From: Patescibacteria group bacterium
GTDB taxonomy: Bacteria; Patescibacteriota; Patescibacteriia; Magasanikbacterales; JBBTQS01
Direction of reading: 5' to 3'
Length of the DNA: 64,000 nt
Assembly: GCA_038065555.1 (NCBI GenBank)
Contig: JBBTQS010000001.1
Location: 741-64,740 of the forward strand
Positions 10,410-21,700 of the stretch are shown here, in pieces. How positions within the stretch are numbered: the stretch's first letter is position 1; every line of letters begins with the position of its first letter. A program made the position numbers and the translations under genes. The notes beneath the pieces were generated by a model. That model saw nothing but the letters and a program-made list of their open reading frames with translations, ran no database searches and was not told the DNA's origin.

Positions 10410-10853
10410 ATGGCACTCCTCTTGCAGATCGAAACCGATATTGTTGCAGCGATGCGCGCAAAAAGTGAACAGGAACTCTCGACACTTCGCCTGATGAAGA
10501 CCTCACTCAAGAATCGCGAGATTGAATTGCGTGCGGCAGGCAAAGAACTCACCGACGAGGAAGCGATGAAGACACTCAAGACACAGGTGAAGCAATTGAA
10601 GGATGCGCAGAGTGAGTATGCAGCCGCAGGCCGCGCTGATTTGGCAGCACAAGCAACAACGGAGATTGCGCTTGTGCAAAAGTATCTTCCAGAGGAGCTG
10701 TCTGATGAAGCGATTCGTGGTATAATCTCAGAGGTGATCGCTGCAACCGCAACACCATCGATCGCAACATGTATGGGGCCAGTCATGGCTCGTACTGCAG
10801 GGCGAGCTGATGGTGCGCGAGTGCGCACACTCCTTGAGCAACTCCTCGCATGA
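10410..10853 (+). CDS. yqeY: GatB/YqeY domain protein
   Basis: 'AAMRAK...LRLMKTSLKNREIE', 'AGRADLA..EIALVQKYLP..LS', 'MGPVM...GRADG'. Confidence 0.92.
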   Translation: MALLLQIETDIVAAMRAKSEQELSTLRLMKTSLKNREIELRAAGKELTDEEAMKTLKTQVKQLKDAQSEYAAAGRADLAAQATTEIALVQKYLPEELSDEAIRGIISEVIAATATPSIATCMGPVMARTAGRADGARVRTLLEQLLA

Positions 10854-12727
10854 ATTCTATGCATCGCCTTCGTTCAGTGCTTTCCACGGGCCTCCTTGTT
10901 GTAGGTCTCGTGTTTCTTTTTTTACCAGATCCAACGCTCGCACAAATTGATACACAGCTCACAGGATTTCAAGAGGCAACAGGATTAGGGAATACAGATA
11001 TTCGCGTGACGATCGCGAATATTGTGCGCGTGATTCTCGGGTTCCTAGGTATCATCGCTATTTTGCTTGTGCTCTACGGTGGATTCCTGTGGATGACGGC
11101 GGCAGGGAATGAGGATCAAATCGGCAAAGCAAAGAAAGTACTCATCAATGCAGGTATTGGTTTGCTCATCATCATGTCCGCGTTCGCTATTACGCAATTT
11201 GTGCTCACGAAGTTGCAAGAGGCGACAGGTACTGATCTTCTAGGCGGCGGTGTGGGATCCGCGGGGGCAGGTGGAGGATTCCGGAGCTCTGCAGCATTGG
11301 GAACAACGATCGAATCGCACTATCCAGAACGCAATGAGAAGAATGTCCCACGCAACGCGCCTATTGTTATTACGTTCAAGATCGCAGTAGATCCTGCGTC
11401 GATCATGACGCTTGCGAAGGACAAGACAACGGCACTGGGCACTCCGCAGGATGCTGGTGCAGGATTGCCACCGAAGTATGATGATCTCAAAACAGACGTC
11501 ATTCGCATCTATCCAGTCACAGGCGCACTCAAGGACAAGAAGATCGAGGAGAAGTCTGTTGCAGCATTTGTATCCATGACTCCTGATCAGAAGACGTTCA
11601 TGTTCGAGCCAGTGGTGTTGCTCGGTTCGAGTGCAGAGCAGACCGAGTATCGTGTAGAGCTCTCAGGCGCGATCATGAACAGCAAGGGCAAACCACTTTT
11701 TGGCAATACAAAGAATCCATACGATTGGAACTTCACAGTTTCGACGCTTGTGGATAACACGCCACCAAAGGTGACTGGTGCTTTCCCAGCCATGAGCACC
11801 ACCAAAGACACTCCACGCAACATCGCAGTGATGATCAACTTCAACGAGCCTATTTTCCCAATCGCGGCTTCGGGCAAGGTTGCAGATGGGTTCAACAATC
11901 TCGTTGTTGGTGAAGTACAAGGAGGAAACACGATCAAGCCAACACTTGGAACCTTCCGAATCACGAACAATTACCGCACGATTGAATTCCAAGCAGACGA
12001 CGCGAGCAATTCGTGTGGCAAGAACACGTGTGGCAAAGAGATTTATTGCCTTCCAGGACCTGCACAGATGCAAGTACTTGCGCGCGCTGCAGAGCTGAAG
12101 TCTCCAGGGAGCACGGATCCAGCAGCAAAGATTAATTTGCTCGCATCTCCTGCAACGCTTGGACTCACGGGTGTTGTGGATATGGCGAAGAATTCGCTCG
12201 ATGGCGGTGGACTCAACGCTGCAAATGCAGATGGCAAGGCGCAAGGACCTACTGCGGACAACTTCTACTTCTTGTTCCGCACCTCTGGGGAGAAGGACGT
12301 TATTATTCCACGCATTCTCTCTGCAGATCCAGGCATTCTCAAGGATGGGGTAGCTGTGGATGCACAGCCCAAGATTCAGTTCAGTAAGCCGATGCTCTAC
12401 AGCACATTTAGTGATGTGATGTTGTACGCTGATCCTGTGAGCAATGGTGTTGGATTCTCTAAGAATTTCACCGAATCTGCTATGGGTGAGGACAATCCAG
12501 CGAGCAAGTTCTACGACACGCAAAGTGCGGTGACCCTCTACCACGGAACTGCATTTGCACCAGAGGCCAAATATTCTCCACACCTTCCATCGACCATCAT
12601 GGATGCAGCATACAATTGTATGTATCCAGCGGTGGACACCATGGGGTGTAAGGATACGGACGCAAGCAAGCCGTGGTGCTGCAACGGTAATGCGTCTGCG
12701 AGTGCGTGTATTCCATCAGGATCCTAG
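10850..12727 (+). CDS. TrbC/VirB2-type pilin domain fused to Ig-like (SbsA/Big_5) domains
   Basis: Signal peptide followed by the pilin hairpin 'LGFLGIIAILLVLYGGFLWMTAAGNEDQIGKAKKVLINAGIGLLII', then repeated 'P....VPRN..I.I.F..P' Ig modules. Confidence 0.8.
   Translation: MNSMHRLRSVLSTGLLVVGLVFLFLPDPTLAQIDTQLTGFQEATGLGNTDIRVTIANIVRVILGFLGIIAILLVLYGGFLWMTAAGNEDQIGKAKKVLINAGIGLLIIMSAFAITQFVLTKLQEATGTDLLGGGVGSAGAGGGFRSSAALGTTIESHYPERNEKNVPRNAPIVITFKIAVDPASIMTLAKDKTTALGTPQDAGAGLPPKYDDLKTDVIRIYPVTGALKDKKIEEKSVAAFVSMTPDQKTFMFEPVVLLGSSAEQTEYRVELSGAIMNSKGKPLFGNTKNPYDWNFTVSTLVDNTPPKVTGAFPAMSTTKDTPRNIAVMINFNEPIFPIAASGKVADGFNNLVVGEVQGGNTIKPTLGTFRITNNYRTIEFQADDASNSCGKNTCGKEIYCLPGPAQMQVLARAAELKSPGSTDPAAKINLLASPATLGLTGVVDMAKNSLDGGGLNAANADGKAQGPTADNFYFLFRTSGEKDVIIPRILSADPGILKDGVAVDAQPKIQFSKPMLYSTFSDVMLYADPVSNGVGFSKNFTESAMGEDNPASKFYDTQSAVTLYHGTAFAPEAKYSPHLPSTIMDAAYNCMYPAVDTMGCKDTDASKPWCCNGNASASACIPSGS
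10940..11233 (+). repeat. Duplicated pilin module, copy 1 (copy 2 at about 12836-13129)
   Basis: Near-identical ~98-aa segments AQ(I/V)DT...LQEATG. Nucleotide similarity is visible, e.g. ctctacggyggattcctstggatgacggc. Confidence 0.85.
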
Positions 12728-12739
12728 TCTCCGACTTCT

Positions 12740-15700
12740 ATGCTTCGATCATTTTTCCGTCAACTCGCATTCCTCGGTATAGCCGCGACATTGGTCGCGG
12801 CAACTGCCGTTTTCACCGAGCCAACTGCAGTGTATGCGCAGGTGGACACTGAGCTGACCAACTTCCAGGAGTCTACGGGGTTAGGTAACACCGACATTCG
12901 CGTTACAATTGGTAATGTGGTGCGTGTAGTACTCGGATTCCTCGGTATTATTGCAGTGTGTCTCGTGCTCTACGGCGGATTCCTCTGGATGACGGCTGCG
13001 GGAAATGAGGACCAGGTAGCGAGTGCGAAGAAGGTGCTCATCAATGCAGGTATCGGACTGGTTATTATCATGTCCTCATTTGCGATTACGCAATTTGTGC
13101 TTTCGAATTTGCAAGAAGCTACGGGAACTGGGACAGGATCTGGTTCGAGTGATGGTATCGGGGGTTCTGGTGGCTCTGGCGGATCGGGGAGTGGCTCGGG
13201 TGGACTCAAATCGTTTGTCGTTCGTTCTATCAGCCCTCGCGAGACGCTGCCGAACAAGAACGTCACCTTGCATATTGTTTTTTCAGAAAATGTTGCAAAT
13301 ACGAATCTCGAGAAGAGCATCACGGTTCGCAAGAATGGTGAGACGACACTCGTTCCAGTGACGGTGAATGCGCAGGGATCCAGAGTAACCGTGAAGGCAA
13401 CAACGCCGTGTGCTGAAGCACGTGGATCATTCTGCTTTGACGGTGACACGCAGTACACAATTGAAATCGCTGGGGGCAAAGATGGTGTGCAAAGCAGCAG
13501 TGGCAAGGCCCTTCTTTGTGGCGTAGGAAATGAGTGTAACGCGCGTTTCAAAACCGGAAATGCGGTTGATACCCAAGCACCAACGGTTACCATCACCTCA
13601 CCAACAGGCGGCGCACTTGTAGCACAGGCACCTGCAACCAACATTCAGGCGCTGGTGGGCGATGATCTCGGTATTTCGTTAGTAGAATTCATGGTGGATG
13701 GAACGGTTGTCGACAGCAAGGCCGTAGTTGCAATGCAGTCATTGCCAGTAACCGTGAGCAGTAATGCGTGGGACGCAAGTGCACTCGCACTCAACTCCAG
13801 TCACACCATTACAGTGCGTGTCTACGATGTAAATGATCACAACACGCTTTCGTCATCTGTTACCGTTCGCATCGTGCCATCATATTGCTTTGATGGTCAG
13901 CAAACACCGAACACTGATGAAATTGGTCGCGATTGCAGCCCTAAGGGCGGTGCATGTGGACAGTGTGATGGTGGCTGTACTGACAACACGCAGTGCGCAA
14001 GCGGTACGTGTGCAGTTCCTGCTGCAGGTGGCGACAAACAATGTCTCAATCTCCCGACGATCACAGGTGTGAGCCCAGGAAATGGCGGAGAAGGACAGTG
14101 GGTCACAGTACAGGGCAAATTTTTTGGAAATTCTGGAACAGTGAGTTTCTTGAACCCCGATGGTTCGGCAGCAAAAATTGTTGCTCCGCTTGCACAGTGT
14201 ACAGGCGGGAGTTCTGCATGGACTGACCGCGCCATTGTCCTCGAAGTTCCGAAGGGGCTGACTCCAGGAACTGCGTATCCAATTCTCGTAGAGACTTCAG
14301 CATCATCCGATGCGACCAATGATGATCGTGGACCGAAGTTTGACGGCGTGTTCATGGTCAAGGAACAGTCGGGTCCTACGCCAGGAATTTGTTCGATCAC
14401 TCCAGCATCGGGCAAAGCAGGTTCGACCGTGATGATCCATGGCAAGAATTTCCCTGCAGATCAGGCAACAATGAAATTGCGATTCGGTGGAGTAGAAGGA
14501 ACGCTCGCACCACGTCAGCAGCAGACAACATTCGCAAGTGGTCAGGTTCCTAACGTTGCTCCGGGTACGTATGCAACGGATTTCGTTGTTGGTGGTGTAG
14601 CGAGTAACGCGGTTCCATTCACCGTGAGTGGCGATGGAGCAAAGCCTGCACCAAGTATTATTTCGTTGAGTTTGGACAAGGGTGCGGTGAGACAGTACAT
14701 CACCATTAAGGGAAGTAATTTCGGTGAGTTCCAGAATTTGATCAAGTTCATTCGTCTCAATGACCAACTCGTGCCAACAGACGAAGTGACCTACGGTGAT
14801 TTCAGTTTTCCAAAACAGTGTGCGACGGTTGGTACGTGGAGTGACGCGTCTGTTGTCGTGAAGGTGCCACAGGTTGTGGATGGTAAGTATCATATAGTCG
14901 TTGTGCGCTCAGATAGCGACAACGACGTGAGCAACAATGAGAGTAATCGCGTTGTATTCACAGTGAATCGTGATCCACTCACGCCAGGTTTGTGTGCACT
15001 TGTTCCAGATAACGGACCAACAGGTCTTGCGGTTTCGCTCTACGGTGATGGATTTGGTGCTACTCCTGGAGCCGTTCTCTTCCAGAAAGACAGTATCTAT
15101 AATGGCGTTGCATCTCGTTGGTCGCAGAGTACTGTCGGTGCAGCAGTGCCTTCTTCTGCTACAACAGGCGAAGTCGTAGTACGCTCGGATGCTGGTACAA
15201 GGAGCAACCCACAGATTTTCACGGTCCAGAACTGTAACCAAAAGCCAGGGGTGTGTGGTGGGAACGAACAGTGCTGTGGCAATGGTGCATGTATTCCGCG
15301 CACCGACGCATCCACAGGCAAGGCACTCTCGTGTACGTCATACAACGTTCCAGAAGCCAGCTATACATTCTCATTCTACACAGGCAAGGGAGACTTCGAT
15401 CCGAATAATTATCCACCAGCAGTTGTTGAGGAGTGTGTGGGTGGCAAACTCCCATCTCCAACGCCATGGATCAAGCATCCAGGTGGCGATGGTGCGTGCG
15501 TGAATGCGCTTCTTGGTGTGAAGTTCACGATTCCACTTGACCAGGCGACGCTCACGTACGATCGTGGTCGCAACTCGACAGTCTTGTTGTTCGCGTGTAA
15601 GGACGCAGCATGTGCTGAGGTGGAGGATGCGCCAGTTGCTATCGATCCAACGACATTCAATTACAGCGATCTTGCTGACAGCGATGGTTCGAAGAACAGC

Positions 15701-18700
15701 ATTCAGAGTTACTTGAGCTTTGCGCCCAAGTCACCACTCACGCCACGCACAACCTACATGGTAGTGCTGACAGACAAGATCACAGGTCAGATGAACGGAA
15801 TGTCTATGGTGCCAAACCCTGCGAAGTGTGGTGGCACTGCAGCAGCGTCTTTTGGTGCGTACTGCTATACGTTCAAGGTTTCGGATACTGGACTCTCATG
15901 TACACTCGGTGCAGTAGATGTTTCACCAGCGAAGTTCAATGTCGGTGATCCAAACATGATTTCGGAGAGTAGTAAATATGCATTGTCACCTGTACCATTC
16001 TGGGAAGTCGCAGAGGACGGAACCAAGACCAAGAAGTTCGGTCCACTCGAGTGGTCAGCACTGGGTATTGCAAAGAACTCCAAGTGTATTCTTGTGAACG
16101 CGTGTGGTGCAGATTCGAGCTGGACATGGGCGAGCCAACATACTGATGTTGGTGTGCCTTCTGGTGTTCCATCTGGCGCACAGTGCAAGCGGTATATGAA
16201 GGTAACAGGTGAGAGCGCAAAGACAGTTTCGGAGACTGGTGCTGTAAGTGTTGTTCCAACAGAGGTCACGGCAACGGAGAACACAAGCAAGCTCGCAGAC
16301 AAATCACTCTTCACCGTCAACTACGGAGCACCAACAGTGCTCGAGCAGTGTGGCGGAACCATTCAGAGCCCATCTCCATGGGACAAGCGCCAGGGTGGTA
16401 CTAATGTGTGTGTTAACGCGATCGTGAACATCGTGTTCTCACAGCGCATGGACCAGTCGTCATTTGCTGGCAACCCCGTTGAGATCCGCAAGTGTACTGG
16501 TACTGGAGCAAATCCATGTGCAACAACGAGTGAGCCGCTCTCAACAGTAGCAACATTCAAGACCAAGGACGATCAGCACGATGGACTCTCTGTAGCACTT
16601 GTTGGCAATCAGTTTTTCGACAAAGCAACAACATATCGTGTTGGCGTTCGTTCGACGCTCAAGGGTGCAACGGGAGTGCAAATGGAACAGCGCCCAGGAT
16701 GTAATCCAGGCGAGTCCTATTGCTATAGTTTCCGCACACGAGACGACGACAAGGCGTGTGAAGTAGACAAGGTGCAAGTGGCTCCTGATACGCAATCCAC
16801 CTACGCACTTGGATTAGTGCGCGACAAGAAAGGTGTGGCTGTGCCTTACGAGGCAGAAGCTGTTTCGTCTGATTCCTGTGTACTGCTCAACGCAAACGCA
16901 TACCAGTGGAACTGGGCTGCACAAGCGCCATACGCTGCTGTGTACGCAGTTGCAGAACAAAAAACATACACCACGCTCACCAACAGCGGTCCTTCGCAGC
17001 AAATGTGGGCACAGTTGCCAACCACTGGTCGCGCACCAGCAGAAATTCAAGTCGCGCTTGCTGGGAGCACCAAAGTTGCCAACAGCACACTTGCTATCAA
17101 TCTCTTGCCTCCAACAATTTTGAGCAATGAGCCTTCTTGCACAAGCGCATGTTCCAACGTGCAGATCAGCGCGACATTCAGTCAAGAAATGGACACAGCG
17201 TCATTTGGCTTGGGAACAGCGACACCTTCTGTTGCAGTGCTCAAGTGTACAAATGAATCCTGCTTGTTCCCAACTGACGCCGCTGGTGCGCTCACAGCAG
17301 AAGCGTTTGCTGCACAGATTCCACTGCAACTCGAGCCACAATCTGGTGTGTATGATGATCTTACGACGCAGACAGGAACCTCATATTTGATGGCACTCGC
17401 ACATGAGACACTACTTCCAAATACGTATTATCGTGCAGTTGTTCGCGTGGGTGATAAGGGTGTATTTACGAGCGATACCAAATCGACAATCGCTCTCACA
17501 TCACTCAATGAATCGCGCCGCTATCCAGCAGGAATGGCTGCGTATTACTCATGGACATTCAAGACACGTCCAGATGGTAGTGTTTGTACGGTAGCAAACG
17601 CAGAACTTCGTCCGAAGGAAACAGTAGTGCAGGCCTCGGGTCTCATCAGTGAAGTGGCAGTGTTTGCGAAGAGTGCTGCTGATGTGTGCAGCGCTGGCGG
17701 TCAGACACTTCAGGCAAGCGATTACTCGTGGCAGTGGAACATTGCTAATACTTCTGTTGCGCAATTCCTCAACGGCACAGCAGCTGACACTGCAGACGCA
17801 ACCGCAGGCGGCGCATGTACTGCACGCTGTGTTGCGCGCGGAACCGTTGCGGCAGGAACACCAGTATGTGGTAACAGTGTGAAGGAGTCTGGCGAATCAT
17901 GTGATGACAGTAATGCACTCTCCGGTGATGGCTGCAGCAACCGATGTCTTGTAGAACCTTCGGTGCGCATTCAGCAAGGAGGAACGTGTGGTAACAACAA
18001 GGTAGAGTCTGGTGAGTTGTGTGATGGTCAGCCTGGATGTAACCAAGGAACGTGTACATGGATGGGAGCATCTGCGGGGCTTGCGGTGTGTGGCAACGGA
18101 GATATTGGCGCAGGTGAGGAATGTGATGGTGGCTTGTATTGCACCAGCTCCTGTCTCTTGAAGGGGTCTACTCCAGGTGCGGCAGTGTGTGGTGACGGCA
18201 ACCTTCAGCCTGGTGAGGATGCATATTGTGAAGAATTCTGGCACGCAAATGGTCCTGGCGCTACAAGTTCCGCATGTACCAATACGTGTGTGTTGCGCGG
18301 CGGACTCACCGAGGAGAACAAGCAAGGCGGAGCGTTTTGTGGCAATGGCACAGTCGAGCCACAAACAGGCGAAGCGTGTGATGATGGCAATGCGCTCTCC
18401 GGCGATGGATGCTCGCTCAAGTGTTTGCACGAAGGTGCAGCAACCACATATGCGCAACCATCTGTCTGTGGCAACGGCTCGGCAGAAACCGGCGAATCAC
18501 CAAGTTGTGAGATCGTAGGAGCCAATGCAACAGCGGGGGATGGTAAGATTGATGCAACACAGTTCATCCGCGGACTTTCTGGTGGGGCTGTCAGCAAGAA
18601 TAATCGTCGCGAAACTGCAATTACCGCTGCGGTAGCACAGACAAATGCAGTAGCCGAAGGAACCTACGCAATTCAGTGTGGTTACACTGCTGATTCACAG

Positions 18701-21700
18701 TGCCCAGCAGGCGCTGGAGTTGGTGCTGATTCCTGCTGCTACGCACGTCCACGCGTACTCACAGAGACAGCATTACCTGCTTCTGGTTCGGCTGCAGTAT
18801 GTCGCAACGCGCTCATCACGATTGAGTTCAACGAGCAAATTGATCCTGCGACAGTGAACACGTCGACCGTTCGACTCTTTGTGCAGAGTGCGACAGCAGA
18901 CGCGTGTACAAAGAATGGCGGAACGGTTATTGCACAATCACTCATCAATCCAGATGATCCATGGTACCGACGTGCGTGGTTTACCATGGTCAATGAAGTA
19001 CGTGGATGGTTCGATGCAGCGCCTGCGTACGCAGCAGTGAATTGCGGATATTATTTCAACGCTGAGCTCGCAGACTTGCAGAACATTGGCAGTGGCAGCG
19101 TCGGTGTACGCTCCAAGCTCTTCATCACGCCAACTGAGCTGTTGGGTGAGAAGCAAGTGTATACTGTCGAAATCACACAAGCTGTTCGCAACATGATGGG
19201 TGTGCGTATCGCTGAGGCGTACACATGGAAGTTCACTACAGGCAAGACATTGTGCACACTTGCTGCTGTTGACGTAGAACCAGCAACGCACGTGTTCACA
19301 AGCACTGGTCCTTCGAGTAATGCAAATATGATTGCAACTGCATACGCGAAGCAGGGAAATGATTTCACGCCAATTGTTTCGACAAGCAAGTATGCATGGT
19401 CGTGGGCGTGGAAGGTGACTCATGCTGATCGCGCTGTGATCACTTCCCAGAACAACACGAAGGCAGTAGCAGCTCCTGGACCAAAGCGTGGTGAAACCAC
19501 GATTCGCGCAACTGCAACAGTAACAACAGACTTGATTAGTCCTGCGCCAACAACTGGCGGCTCGTTGCAGGGATTTGGTGCCCTGGTGAATGCAAATTGT
19601 GATGTCCCATGGCCAGATGCAACAACGAAGATTGGCAATAATCCAGTTTCGTTCCCATACGCAGATCGAGACATGCACTTCTCGCTGTGGTACTGCCGTG
19701 GCAATTTGCCAACGACAGATACTCCAGCTCCGAAGGTGTTGCCAGCATTCCAGCTCTATCGTCCAACAGAAAAGGTCACAGCAGGAACAGAACTCTTGTC
19801 CTCACTCTTGTTGCGCCATCCAAGTGCAGGGGACGCTATTGGGTTGCGCGTGTACAGCAACGTAGAAGGATTGTCTCCAATGGACTGGTACGCAAAGCAA
19901 GGATTCAGTGGCAAGCCATCAGCAACAACGCTTGCAGGATACGAAGCAATTCAAGATGGTACGACGTATTACATTGCATTCGTGAATGTGAGCAATCCTA
20001 CTGGCAGTTACGTATGGCCTGAGACGATACATCCGCGCAATCGCAATTCGAAGTACGTCAACATCTTGGCGATTTCGCACAATCAGGACGCAACTCCAGA
20101 GACAAAAGCAGTGTTCGCACAGCTCCTCGAGAACCTCAAGTTCTCAACTAATATCGAGGCGAAGTGGAATCAGGGTGTGTGTGCTGTGGTGGGCGCAAAT
20201 GGTGCCGTTGGTCAGACAACATTCGGTACTAATCCTGCACGCGAGATCTCGTGCTCCTCACGCCTCGACTGTGTGAACAACAAGGAAAAGATTGCAGTCC
20301 CTGCAGCAGTAGAATGTCTTGCATTCAACGAGCAGTTGAGCCGAGACGCTGTGCGTTGGTCTGATCTGCGTGAAATTCAAGGTGCCGTCACTGGATTCAA
20401 GGCGCAGTATGGATCCGCACCAACCCTTGGCCAAGGAACGTATGTTCCATCCATGGCGGTGAGTGCGTGGGATTCGTGGAACACGGTGTTTGGAAAGCAA
20501 ATTGGCGATTCTTCGCTTCCTCAGGATCCAATCAACGCGTTCGCTGCTGGGTGTGAAGGTGACGCTGCAACCTGTTGGAATGGCGCGACGTCCAAGTACA
20601 TGTGTACTGCAGGTTCGCATGTGTATTCCTACACAACATCGAAGAATGCAGCAGGGTTCAAGCTCGGTGTCGATTTCGAAACCATCAAGGATTCTTCGCA
20701 GCGTTGGAATAACGTTGTTGCAAGTGCGTACCAGGTGTACGGCAATTGCACGGGTGTTCCAATGGCAGCAGGCGGCATCTGTGGAGATGGAATTCTCAAT
20801 CTCACTGAGCAGTGTGAAGCGGGACAAATGATCGGAGCAGTGGGTGGTATTACAGATCCAAATGCGCAGACGTGTACGGTGTCTGACGCAAAGGGTAATA
20901 CATACCCAGGTGCGTATATCTACAGCTGTCCGAAGTCCTGTCAGTACTATTCTGCAGCAGAACTCAAGAGTAACAAGATTGCGTGTCAGCCACTGGGTAG
21001 CTGTGGTGATGGTGTGATGAACGGCAACGAAATGTGTGACGATGGATCACTCAACGGATCATACAACCACTGCGCGAGTGATTGCCGCTCCAAGATGAGT
21101 GCGGCAGGTCGTTGTGGTGATGGTGTTCTCCAAAAAGAGCAAGGTGAAATGTGTGATGTTACACGCTGTGAATACACGAATGTACAGTGCTCGACGACAG
21201 AAACGAGCAACTCGTGTCCAGTGGTGATGGCACATATGTCGAGTACTATTTATCCAGGGATGGTGTACTTGCGGTACGGCGCCAATGGCAAGGCACAGGG
21301 TGAAACGCTCAAATATTTCTCGAAGTCCACTGCGACAAAAGATTTCCCTGTCGGCACACAGTTGAAATGCCTAGGTGCACAGACAACATATGCACCGACT
21401 CAGGCCAAGTCTTGTAACTGGGACTGTCTCTCCTATGGACCGTACTGTGGAGATGGTGTGAAGAATGGAACGGAGAAGTGTGATGGAACACAAATGTCTG
21501 ATGAAGCGTGTACAACTGCACAAGGATTGCCTGGAACCGTTGCGTACACCTGTACCGCGTCATGCTCTGCGAGGAGCAAGACGTGCGTAGCGAAGCCACT
21601 TGCTGGTGGCGCATCGAGCGCTCCAGTGTGTGGTGATGGCGTGAGACAGGGGGATGAAGGTTGTGATAGTGGTACGAACAATGGTGATGGATGTACGGCG

